IMG/VR virus record: IMGVR_UViG_3300037461_000212
Span: 1 to 27,171 of that record
Length of the DNA: 27,171 bases
Direction: 5' to 3' (one strand)
Source of the DNA: a virus
Lineage: Duplodnaviria > Caudoviricetes
The position numbers and the translations under genes were made by a program. The notes below the pieces were generated by a model. The model saw nothing but the letters and a program-made list of their open reading frames with translations, did not search any database and was not told where the DNA came from. Below are positions 8,163 to 16,736 of this stretch, piece by piece (position 1 is the first letter of the stretch; each line of letters begins with the position of its first letter).

Positions 8163-9731
8163 TTATCTCCCTATTCGCCACCATTTTTGAACGATTGTGC
8201 GGCGTTTGAACGTCCTTTCAACCAGAACACACTTTTCGTCCGTCCAACCGGACCCTCCCGAACTTGCCCCCTCCCTGATCGACAGCACCGCCGAATCCCC
8301 CTCGCGAAAGTCGAATCCGTCCCATACCGGAACCTCTATTTCGACGATGTCGTGCCGGTGACCCTTCAGCTCGATCAACCGCCTGACCAGCGCCACAGCA
8401 TGCGCCTCGCTCTGCACGTCCGCAAAATCCGCACTGTATTCAGGCTGTTCCCCGTAGTCGTAGTAACTCTTGGCACAATCCGCATCGTTCGTCCGGTCCC
8501 TTGCCAGTTCCCCCTCCCACCTGCCCGTCGTCGGGTTTAGCGCATACCGCGCCCGGATCCTGTTCCGAATTTCGTCATACGGGGTCTTGGTGATTGTCGC
8601 GCCGCTTCCGATCAAGTGGTGATCCCACTTCAAGGCGCCCATTGTCGGCCCGTCTGTCACCAGTGTCATCACCCCGACCTTGCCCCCGATCGACAGCATC
8701 GCCGCCGAGCACTGCTTCAGCATCCGCTGGACTATGTCGAGACCGTTCGCTTGCGAATTGATGATCGACGCGAATTCGATCCCAGGCAATAGCGACCGCA
8801 TGGTTTTGAGGCTTTCCACATGGATTTCAGTGCTTTCCAACAGGGAATGGTACTTCATCAAGTAATAAATGATGTCCGCCGGATGCTCTATCAATGCGGC
8901 GGCTGTTCCCGTTATCTCCCCGCTCCCGTCCCCTATGCCTTCGATAGAGCAGCTTAACGTCTCGCTCGCCACCTTGTCCGATGTAAAGTCAAAATACGCC
9001 ACCAGATTCCCAAGAGTATCCGCTCCGCTGGGATAGAACACATAGCCAGCCGGGTCGATGACCGCGCCATCCTTGTCGTACACGTCAACCGTTCCCGCCG
9101 TATAATCCGCATCCACCGAACTCGACACCCCGGCCATCGCCAGATACTTATACCCTGCCGTATCCACGCATCTGAGAGGCACCCCCTTCGTCCATGCCCC
9201 GAACACCATCGCCTGCGACGTACCGATCACCGAGCCTGAGCCTCCCGCTACTCTCGCGCTCGGCCATGTGCTCGTACTTATGTTCGAATCAGGGATCGTT
9301 TTCCACCGCTTCTCAGCGAAGTCGGTAAGGTTGAACGTGAGCGTATGCCGATCGTAGCTCACCAATTCAAACACGCCCTTGAAAATGAGCCCGTTCGTTT
9401 CTATGTCCGCCCAATCAAGCCCCGGAGCCCACACATAAACAGAACCTGTACCGCCGTCCAGGTTGACCCTCGTTTCCTCGTCCTGCAATCTCGACGCATT
9501 CGCTATCCTGACCGTCACCTTTTGCGCCGCATAACTCAGGTTGCGAAAATCGAATCGCGACGAAATGATGATTTCCTCTATGATCACCCCTTCGAAGAAC
9601 AGGTCTGTCCCTGTCGAATACGGGACCACGGTGTCCTTCATGCCATAGCGTTTGACAAGCCCGTTGAAGTCCAGGGCTACTAGGTACTGGACCCCCTTCG
9701 AATCCCTCATGGCATCGGTTATTGTCGACAC
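8163..9731 (-). CDS. Tail tip / baseplate hub-like protein (522 aa)
   Basis: Second gene after the tape measure; LIEHPADIIYYLM, IRNRIRARY, SYYDYGEQ...VQSEAHAVALVRRL and FREGD patterns typical of hub proteins. Confidence 0.6.
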   Translation of the reverse strand: MSTITDAMRDSKGVQYLVALDFNGLVKRYGMKDTVVPYSTGTDLFFEGVIIEEIIISSRFDFRNLSYAAQKVTVRIANASRLQDEETRVNLDGGTGSVYVWAPGLDWADIETNGLIFKGVFELVSYDRHTLTFNLTDFAEKRWKTIPDSNISTSTWPSARVAGGSGSVIGTSQAMVFGAWTKGVPLRCVDTAGYKYLAMAGVSSSVDADYTAGTVDVYDKDGAVIDPAGYVFYPSGADTLGNLVAYFDFTSDKVASETLSCSIEGIGDGSGEITGTAAALIEHPADIIYYLMKYHSLLESTEIHVESLKTMRSLLPGIEFASIINSQANGLDIVQRMLKQCSAAMLSIGGKVGVMTLVTDGPTMGALKWDHHLIGSGATITKTPYDEIRNRIRARYALNPTTGRWEGELARDRTNDADCAKSYYDYGEQPEYSADFADVQSEAHAVALVRRLIELKGHRHDIVEIEVPVWDGFDFREGDSAVLSIREGASSGGSGWTDEKCVLVERTFKRRTIVQKWWRIGR

Positions 9732-12149
9732 CTACAGAACCTCCTCGAACTGCATCTCCGCGCTGAAATAATCTCCGACCTGATGAACTTGTGTGACCGC
9801 CCCTCGTAGCTTGACAAGGTGGCAGTCCTTCATGTTCGAATGATCAAGTATCAGTGCAATATTTTTACCCTCCAAATAATCCACAAGCGCCAAGACCTCT
9901 TTCCTTCCTGCGCTCGATGCTTCGTACTTCACCATGAATTTCCGCTTTCTGCCATAGTCCACAACCGGCACCACTCCGCCTGCCGCCGTATCCATGTATT
10001 CAATCCCGTAATTGTGATCCCGACCGTACTCGATGCCGAACGCATCGGTCAGCGTGATTGCTTTCCCTGCGATCATCATCCCTATCTGATAGAAGCCGTC
10101 GCTTGTCGGGCTCCGCTGGGCATCTATCGAAATGCGTGCGTATCGATATAGTCCGCCCGTGAATGTCTTTGAAACGCGATCCTGGTAGATGATGAACGTA
10201 TCACCAGACGCCGCGTCGTCCGTCGTGCCGTCGCAAAGAATGTACTCTCCAACATTGTCGATTATTTTGCGCCCGTACCCGCTGAGCGTCCCAGACGTGA
10301 ATCGCAGCATATATCCAGCGAGCTCATGGTCCTTGTAACTTGCCAGCAACGCCGCGTCATGCACCTCGTTCCCGGCCGCGTTTGAATCGAGCACCCCTCC
10401 CGTTACCGTGTCGAATGATACACTTTCATCCACGCTCGGCGATCCCCACGAATCAGTCGCGTTCATCTGAAACTTGAGTGTCCTGACGTTGCACCCGAAA
10501 AACGCCACTCCCGTCGCGTAGATCATCCCGGTCGCACTCATATCTATTAAAATCGTGCAAGCGATATTATCCTGCTCGCTACGCCACGGCCTCGACGGAC
10601 TGTCCTCGATGATGTTCGACATTGCGAAGTCATACTCAGCGACGAAGCTCCAATCGTCCGCCGCGATCCCCGCTCCGCCATGCCATACGATCTCCGCTCC
10701 GCACACGAGAAGTTGAGGCTGGGCATATGGCGCCACGGGACATGCATTCGCGCTGTAAGCTTCCCATATCCCACGCCTGGCAAACATAGTCGTCGTATCT
10801 GTAGCATTAAACCAGCCGATCCATAATTCGTGACCGCCAGTTATCGCCATGAATGGCCTGCGGTATTCTTTTCCCCCAGCAGAGGCTACAGTCAATATGC
10901 TTCCTGTGCTCCAAGTGGCGCCATTATCCGTTGATCTGCTTAATAAAATGATGTCATCTCCGCCTGCATCGTTATTGTAGGCCGCACAGTAAAGATCGCC
11001 GTTGATGTCCTTTCTGACCCACGGTTCACCCTTGTCGACTGTGAAATTTATTACCGCTATCGAGCTTCCCCATGTAGCGCCATTGTCGCTCGATATTTTA
11101 CATTTTATTTCATAGTCATTCACAGCATCTTCATCTGAAGCGTAACAGCAGATCAAATCGCCGTTGTCTGCAATACAAATTGACGGATCGTTTTGCGTAT
11201 TGGTATCTGATGCTATTGTAGTCGCCGTGTTCCAGGTTGCTCCTTCGTCATAGCTTTTCTTCATCGTTATGGTGCTTCCACCGATAACCCCTATGACGCC
11301 ACCATCCTCGCATTGAACGAAATCCCGGAAATTACCGTTCGCCTTTGAAGTCCATGTGTATCCAGAATCATCGGAATAGTAATCATAACCACTTGAAGAA
11401 ACGTAGATTCTCCCAGACTTCAGCAAGATCGCTCCACCCTCGAAAAGTTCAGTCCCTACAGAAGTCAACGTCGATCTTAGCGCCCATGTGATCCCGTTAT
11501 TCGTAGTCGCCCAGCATGAGGTTAAATCTCCGTCGGCATTTCCTATCAATAACGTGGTTGTCGCGTCTATTGAAATGAACGCTTGATTCTCCGTTCCCGA
11601 ATCAACCGTTGCTATAACCGCCGGAGCTAAATACGTCGCTTGATTTGGTGAGTCCCTTCCAAGATAATTAAAGCCGCCAGTGTGGCTCCACTTGAAGGTG
11701 GCGCTTCCCGCATCACCGGAGTCGATCAGTTCAATTCTAAAATCTTTTGAATAATAAAGCAGGGTAAGTGTAAACGTATCCCCGGCGTCGATCTGTGCCG
11801 AGAATGCTGCCGTCGTAAGCGTTCCCGTCGCCTGAGCAAAAGACGTCACGAGTTTGCTTTCTCCGTTGCACGTCCCGCTTGTCATCGTCACCGTTCCGGT
11901 CAGTTTGAAGAAGTCCTCACCGAAAGCACAGAGCACAGAATCGATGACCGTCGTTCCCCCTGCCGCACCGTTGCTCGTCGCCGTCCCGCTGTATGAGAAG
12001 TTCGTAGGCGTCCCCTTCGTCACAAGCCTGAAGCTGCCCGCGTTGGTGCTGGTCGGCGTCGGTTGCGCCCACCGTTCGCCTTCCTGCTCCGTTGCGGATA
12101 GAAAGTCGCCGCTTTCCAGAATATTCTCGCCTATCAGAATCACGCTCAT
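9732..12149 (-). CDS. Distal-tail-position protein with inserted Asp-box (BNR, sialidase-like) beta-propeller (805 aa)
   Basis: Directly follows the tape measure gene; ends ...YFSAEMQFEEVL like Dit/gpM-type proteins; Asp boxes TTNNGITW, SDDSGYTW, SYDEGATW, SSDNGATW, STDNGATW. Confidence 0.6.
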   Translation of the reverse strand: MSVILIGENILESGDFLSATEQEGERWAQPTPTSTNAGSFRLVTKGTPTNFSYSGTATSNGAAGGTTVIDSVLCAFGEDFFKLTGTVTMTSGTCNGESKLVTSFAQATGTLTTAAFSAQIDAGDTFTLTLLYYSKDFRIELIDSGDAGSATFKWSHTGGFNYLGRDSPNQATYLAPAVIATVDSGTENQAFISIDATTTLLIGNADGDLTSCWATTNNGITWALRSTLTSVGTELFEGGAILLKSGRIYVSSSGYDYYSDDSGYTWTSKANGNFRDFVQCEDGGVIGVIGGSTITMKKSYDEGATWNTATTIASDTNTQNDPSICIADNGDLICCYASDEDAVNDYEIKCKISSDNGATWGSSIAVINFTVDKGEPWVRKDINGDLYCAAYNNDAGGDDIILLSRSTDNGATWSTGSILTVASAGGKEYRRPFMAITGGHELWIGWFNATDTTTMFARRGIWEAYSANACPVAPYAQPQLLVCGAEIVWHGGAGIAADDWSFVAEYDFAMSNIIEDSPSRPWRSEQDNIACTILIDMSATGMIYATGVAFFGCNVRTLKFQMNATDSWGSPSVDESVSFDTVTGGVLDSNAAGNEVHDAALLASYKDHELAGYMLRFTSGTLSGYGRKIIDNVGEYILCDGTTDDAASGDTFIIYQDRVSKTFTGGLYRYARISIDAQRSPTSDGFYQIGMMIAGKAITLTDAFGIEYGRDHNYGIEYMDTAAGGVVPVVDYGRKRKFMVKYEASSAGRKEVLALVDYLEGKNIALILDHSNMKDCHLVKLRGAVTQVHQVGDYFSAEMQFEEVL

Positions 12150-14488
12150 ATATCGATACCCGCCGTTTCAGCGTACCCCTGCACTCCGCGCTGATGAAGT
12201 TTCACCGCTCCGCGCCTCGATGCGTCATACACCCCTTCGTAAACCGCTTCGCTTACCATCCTGCCGTCTATGTAGACCGGGATCGTGATAACGATTTCGT
12301 TGCTTCCCGCTGAAAGCCTGTCCATCTGCTCCGGCGTGAACACGCCCTCGCCCGCGTGAACCTTGGCAATCTGATCCCTCGGAACAATACCGCCCGTCGC
12401 GTAACCGCCGAACGCGCCGAAACCGCCGTACCCTGCCCCGCCGTAGTTGCTTCCAGCACCGCCGTAGCTGCCGCCTCCGAGCATATCAAGTGCATCCTGT
12501 AGGGAAAGATTGCTCGTATCAGGAGGTGCTTCGTATCCCCAAATATTGTTTTGTCTGCCTTGAATACCCAAGATTGTAGATATTCCCTTTGCGCCCTTTG
12601 CTAATCCAATTGCTATAGCAGCAAGTGTGCCTCCTGAAATCGCAGCAGCAGCAGCCGGTCCGCCAATCGCAAGACCGAAAAGTCCTAAAGCTTGCATTCC
12701 GGTCATAGTCCCACCAGCCATACCGGTCACTCCTGGGGTAGCCCCTGGCCCGCTCAGACCTAAACGCGCTGCCAAATCTTTCGGTATGACGTACTCACCC
12801 TTTTGCAGCACCGCCATCATCTCATCCGATCCAAGCGCCGATCCCTTTTCTTTTCCTACCAACCCGCCTTCGTGCATGAACAGGCTCGTCGCCCAATCAA
12901 AAGCCGACGTCGCATATTCTGAAACCGCCGAAACCGCTGTGCCGAGTGCCGGAAGAATGGACCCAAGGAACGACCCGCCGCCCGTTCCCGTGATCAGCGA
13001 CTTGAACTCGCTGCCCGCCCATGTCAGAGCCATCTCCGCGAACGTGTTGGAAAGAACGCGTTTCATCGATCCCCAGAACGATTCCCAATAGTCCCCGAAC
13101 GTCCGAAGGTCGCCCGAAATAGCATCGAAAAAGAAATCACTCATCGCGTCCTGCATGTTGCGTGCGCTCTGCTCTGTGAAATATTGCTGCTTGTCCAGTT
13201 CCTTCTTGTAAGATTTCGTGACTACGTTCCAGACTTTCTCCTCATCCTCGCCCATCTTCCTATACATCTTGAGCCGATCCTCAGCCGCTTCCTTCTCCTC
13301 CCGTTCCCTTTCCGCCAGCATTTTTTCGAGGTTTTCAGCCTGGTTCAAACTCTCCCGCTCCCCGAGGCTCTTCTGCGCTTTCTCATGTTCGCTCTCCACC
13401 TCTTTCAAGAACTTGTCATAATCGGCCCTGCTCTTTTTGAGCGCATCTTCATCTATCGGAATGAAGCGCGTTCCGCCTGGTTGCGTTTTGTTGTTTTCAA
13501 TCTCGATCTTGCGAAGCTCCTCCCCTACGAATACTAGCTGCGCTTTCAGATCAGCCGCTTTCATTGCCGCCCGCTCCGCACCTGTGCTGGCTCCGAAGAA
13601 TCCATCCCATAACCGCTTGAACAACCCGGGAGCCGCCGCCTGGTCGATCTCAAGAAACTTCCCTTCAACCTCGCGCAGCTGATCGATGATCTCAAGCCGC
13701 CGCTGCATGAGTTGACCTTTTCTCGTTGTGTCAAAAAACATCTGCATCCCTTCTGCAGCTTTGTCTAGTTCCGTTATCGCCTCCTTCATGGCAGGAATGA
13801 ACGCGGTCCCGAATGCGAGCGCAACCTGACCGATTTTCTCCTTCATGTCTCCGAACTGATTGTTTACATTCTTCAGCTTGCCCTCGTAGGTATCCATCTC
13901 AGCCGCGGCCGCACCGCCGAACCGGTCTTTCAGCTGTTTCATCACTTCGTTGAACTGCTCGGCCCGCGATTTCGTTTGATCGACGACGATGCCGTACCGT
14001 TTGAGGCGCTCCGTCTGCCCCATGTACGCCTTGCCGATCAGCTCGCTCGCCGCCTCGACCGTCATCCCCTCTTCGCGCTTTGCCGACGCGAAATCGATCG
14101 CGACCTTCGCGGCCTCCTTGACCTCGTCGTTGAGCATGCCGTAGGTCTTGAGATTCGCCATCATCTTCAGCGCCGCGTCATCGGCGACCGTCGTCGTGTT
14201 CTGGATCTCGCTCGCGTAGTCCTCCATATCGCTCAGCGCGGCCTTGCTGTAGTCGCCCTGGTTCTTCATCGCGGTCGACATCTTGTTGATCGCCCGCTCC
14301 TGGTCGATGTAGGCCTGCGACACGTCCCTGAGTGCGCTCACCATCTGAGTCCCGGCGAGATACCCTCCGATTGCCGCAAATGCCGTTTTAGCAGACTTCG
14401 CAAACCCGTCAACTGTCCGCTGCGCCTTGCTCATGTCTCCTTGCAGCCTGGCAATGCTCGCCCCGATTTCCAGCATCAAGCTAGGCAT
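12146..14488 (-). CDS. Tail tape measure protein
   Basis: Start re-assigned to ATG 14488 (MPSLMLEIGA); long Ala/Lys/Glu-rich helical protein after the chaperones; C-terminal YATGGIV...VHAGEGV and VYIDGRMVSEAV motifs. Confidence 0.92.
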   Translation of the reverse strand: MPSLMLEIGASIARLQGDMSKAQRTVDGFAKSAKTAFAAIGGYLAGTQMVSALRDVSQAYIDQERAINKMSTAMKNQGDYSKAALSDMEDYASEIQNTTTVADDAALKMMANLKTYGMLNDEVKEAAKVAIDFASAKREEGMTVEAASELIGKAYMGQTERLKRYGIVVDQTKSRAEQFNEVMKQLKDRFGGAAAAEMDTYEGKLKNVNNQFGDMKEKIGQVALAFGTAFIPAMKEAITELDKAAEGMQMFFDTTRKGQLMQRRLEIIDQLREVEGKFLEIDQAAAPGLFKRLWDGFFGASTGAERAAMKAADLKAQLVFVGEELRKIEIENNKTQPGGTRFIPIDEDALKKSRADYDKFLKEVESEHEKAQKSLGERESLNQAENLEKMLAEREREEKEAAEDRLKMYRKMGEDEEKVWNVVTKSYKKELDKQQYFTEQSARNMQDAMSDFFFDAISGDLRTFGDYWESFWGSMKRVLSNTFAEMALTWAGSEFKSLITGTGGGSFLGSILPALGTAVSAVSEYATSAFDWATSLFMHEGGLVGKEKGSALGSDEMMAVLQKGEYVIPKDLAARLGLSGPGATPGVTGMAGGTMTGMQALGLFGLAIGGPAAAAAISGGTLAAIAIGLAKGAKGISTILGIQGRQNNIWGYEAPPDTSNLSLQDALDMLGGGSYGGAGSNYGGAGYGGFGAFGGYATGGIVPRDQIAKVHAGEGVFTPEQMDRLSAGSNEIVITIPVYIDGRMVSEAVYEGVYDASRRGAVKLHQRGVQGYAETAGIDI

Positions 14489-14708
14489 GGCGTCGTTTCC
14501 TCGCTGGCTGAGCCCGCAGCACACCCTTCAGCGATGTTTCCACTTTCGCCGTTGGCGTTGCTTTCGGTTTTGGGTTGTTTATTTCCTCTAAGTAGGCTGT
14601 CCACATAGTGAGTTCCCTTGAATCGAGACTCTTGAGCAGCTGCCGGCGGGTCATTCCGAGCGCGTGGGCCAGGGACATTATGAAAAAGTCCCATCGCCTC
14701 GCGCTCAT
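14481..14708 (-). CDS. Tail assembly chaperone, gpT-like (-1 frame extension of the upstream gene)
   Basis: FIMSLAHALGMTRRQLLKSLDSRELTMWTAY motif; lies in the -1 frame directly after an A9 run. Confidence 0.85.
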   Translation of the reverse strand: MSARRWDFFIMSLAHALGMTRRQLLKSLDSRELTMWTAYLEEINNPKPKATPTAKVETSLKGVLRAQPARKRRHA

Positions 14709-15061
14709 TTTTTTTTAATCGCTTCCTGTTCCTCCCTGGAGATCGCATTGAGCTCCTGGGCGGCGTCAAACAGCCTGTTCAATGCCTTCGCGCTCTTCCC
14801 GCTCAGCGCCTCGATTTCCTTTTCGCTGAATAACCTCGCCCCTTTGTCGTCCACGATGCACCGCGCAAGCAGCTTCGCTCTGAAATGCTCACGCCTGTAT
14901 ACCAGTTCCTCCCCCTCTTTAACGTACAGGCTCGCCTCGAACGCGTCCCGCTCCCCGCCGCTCATCGTTCGCACCCTGACGGTGCCTCCCCACTCCGGGA
15001 CTTCCACGTCCCTACATGGCAAGTCCTCTGCCGCTAAAATCTGATCCTTGCTCAGTAACAT
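14705..15061 (-). CDS. Tail assembly chaperone, gpG-like
   Basis: MLLSKDQIL...VEVPEWGGTVRVRTMSGGERDAFE...CIVDDKGARLF; located between tube and tape measure genes. Confidence 0.9.
   Translation of the reverse strand: MLLSKDQILAAEDLPCRDVEVPEWGGTVRVRTMSGGERDAFEASLYVKEGEELVYRREHFRAKLLARCIVDDKGARLFSEKEIEALSGKSAKALNRLFDAAQELNAISREEQEAIKKK
14708..14716 (-). promoter_or_regulatory. Programmed -1 ribosomal frameshift slippery site (A9)
   Basis: Minus strand reads ATT AAA AAA AAA TGA; a -1 slip continues ATG AGC GCG into ORF 14481..14708; canonical G/GT position. Confidence 0.85.
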
Positions 15062-15076
15062 CCCCTTGTCCCCCTT

Positions 15077-15739
15077 TTATGTTGCGTTCTGCCAATCAAC
15101 CCCGGTCGATATGGTGATCACCATGTCCGCCCTTAATACATTGTCCACCGCCGCCGAAAGACTGTAACTCTGAACGTACCCCTCGAAGTATGCAAATGAT
15201 GGATAGCCCCCTGCGGACGCGTCGTTCATCACGATGTCGAACACCCGTTTCGTTCTTTGCGCCATGTCCCTGATAAGCGCATCGTGCAGATAAGCGCCCG
15301 ATGCCTCAGGCTCGAAAATGATGGATATTGATAAATCTCCGCCACCGACAAGACCGATCATCTTTTCCTTGGCCGTGCTTCCGAGATGCGTGATATCGAT
15401 CACGTTCGCATTCTGCCCGAAGCCGTTGAACGAAACGACCTGTCCGATGTTCTGCATCGCATGTGCTGTCAGCGTGACCGTTGCGCCGCTCGCCTGCGCC
15501 GCGACCACCTCCCGCAAGGTCAGCTTTGTCGCCGCAGTTCCGACAATCGTAAACACCCCGCTATTGAGCGACGCATCGCATTCGATACGCATCCCGGTCG
15601 AGAAGTCCGCGAACCCCGCCTGGCGGTTGATCGACTTGTCGCCATTCGCAAACGAGATGGTGTTCGTTGACATGGTCGCCGTGCTCGCCGCGACAGACGA
15701 TTCCCTGCGTATGAGTACCCCTTGAGACTGTAGTGCCAT
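15077..15739 (-). CDS. Tail tube protein paralog 2 (220 aa, with an extra domain inserted near the N-terminus)
   Basis: NVIDITHLGSTAKEKMIGL.GGGDLSISI and FEGYVQSYSLSAAVDNVLRADMVITI tube-core motifs. Confidence 0.8.
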   Translation of the reverse strand: MALQSQGVLIRRESSVAASTATMSTNTISFANGDKSINRQAGFADFSTGMRIECDASLNSGVFTIVGTAATKLTLREVVAAQASGATVTLTAHAMQNIGQVVSFNGFGQNANVIDITHLGSTAKEKMIGLVGGGDLSISIIFEPEASGAYLHDALIRDMAQRTKRVFDIVMNDASAGGYPSFAYFEGYVQSYSLSAAVDNVLRADMVITISTGVDWQNAT

Positions 15740-15752
15740 GACTCAAACCTCG

Positions 15753-16175
15753 CTAGGTCGAATAGCTCACGCCCTTGTGGATCGTAATCGTGTAGTCCCC
15801 TCTGAGTACGTTGTCGACTGCGCCGGACACGTTGAACCCCGTGACGTATCCCATCATCGCCATGTACTGTGACGTGGTCACCGTAGACAACTGGATCATC
15901 AGGTTCCCCTGAGTCCTCGCCGCCAGCGACTCGCGGAGCTTCGTCTGGCCTGCGTCGGTCACGATGAAGTTGGTATTGATCGTGATCTGACCTCCGTCGT
16001 ACAGCCCGATCATTTTCTCCTTCGCGGTGCTCTGAAGGTTCGTCACGTCGATGATGTTCGCGCTCGGCGCGGGTCCGCTGAAGGACAGAACTTCCGAAAC
16101 AACATTAGCGGCCGCCGTGGCAGTCACCGATGTCGTTGACCAATAGGTGATAATTCCCTGAGATTCTTTAGGCAT
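15753..16175 (-). CDS. Tail tube protein paralog 1 (140 aa, minimal core)
   Basis: NIIDVTNLQSTAKEKMIGLYDGGQITI and GYVTGFNVSGAVDNVLRGDYTITI; strong RBS AGGAGGT; follows the tail terminator. Confidence 0.82.
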   Translation of the reverse strand: MPKESQGIITYWSTTSVTATAAANVVSEVLSFSGPAPSANIIDVTNLQSTAKEKMIGLYDGGQITINTNFIVTDAGQTKLRESLAARTQGNLMIQLSTVTTSQYMAMMGYVTGFNVSGAVDNVLRGDYTITIHKGVSYST

Positions 16176-16190
16176 TTCTCAACACCTCCT

Positions 16191-16556
16191 TTATGCTGCA
16201 TTCCAGCAGCTATAATCCTGCGAAACAACAAACAGCTGCGTATCCGGATCGTACCCGTCCATGTCATTGATGAGCAACGATCTGAAACCAGCCACCTTAT
16301 TCATACAATCGTGAACATCCTCCGCCAGCTCCTTCGCCGTGTCGTACCGCGTCGCCCAGATATTGAGCATGATGTGTGCGTTGTCCATCCCAAGATACCC
16401 GGCCAAACCGTTGACCTTGTTCGAACTGATCCTCTCGTATGTGATCGCCGGAAACGTCGGGTTCTGCGGCATGATCAGCGGATACACCCGCCCCGTGACC
16501 GCCGCATTGACCGTCGTGTCTGCCGTCAATGCTGTGTATAGCTCCGTTTCGATCAC
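16191..16556 (-). CDS. Tail terminator / tail completion protein (DUF3168-like)
   Basis: GRVYPLIMPQNPTFPAITYERIS motif; probable GTG start at 16556 after GGGGG. Confidence 0.85.
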   Translation of the reverse strand: MIETELYTALTADTTVNAAVTGRVYPLIMPQNPTFPAITYERISSNKVNGLAGYLGMDNAHIMLNIWATRYDTAKELAEDVHDCMNKVAGFRSLLINDMDGYDPDTQLFVVSQDYSCWNAA

Positions 16557-16567
16557 ATGAACCCCCA

Positions 16568-16670
16568 GGGACATAGGGACAGAGGCACAAAGGCACAGAG
16601 CAGAAAAATCTGTTTTGTCTTTCTGTTTTTACCCTTTGTCCCTTTGTGCCTTTGCATCTTTGTGCCTGTC
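16568..16670. repeat. Inverted array of octamer repeats (GGCACAAA/GGCACAGA/GGGACAAA family)
   Basis: GGGACATA GGGACAGA GGCACAAA GGCACAGA, a spacer, then CCTTTGTC CCTTTGTG CCTTTGCA TCTTTGTG CC in the opposite orientation; intergenic. Confidence 0.8.
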
Positions 16671-16736
16671 TTTTGATGCTCGCCCTTTGCGCCGTGGGGT
16701 TTTCCGCCCGGCATGGGCAGGCGGCGGGGATCACGG

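Noticed and set aside
2680-11510. Calling the Asp-box proteins active sialidases
   Set aside because: Asp boxes are structural and occur in many propellers; no (F/Y)RIP motif was seen.
1-12149. Diversity-generating retroelement acting on fibre genes
   Set aside because: No reverse transcriptase and no template/variable repeat pair noticed in the window.
16568-16670. Possible CRISPR array
   Set aside because: Units are 8 bp and contiguous with no unique spacers; no cas genes present.
16676-16715. Resemblance to a c-di-GMP-I riboswitch (GAAA ... CGCAAAG on the minus strand)
   Set aside because: The conserved GGCAAAC start and second stem are not evident; an Infernal search would be needed.
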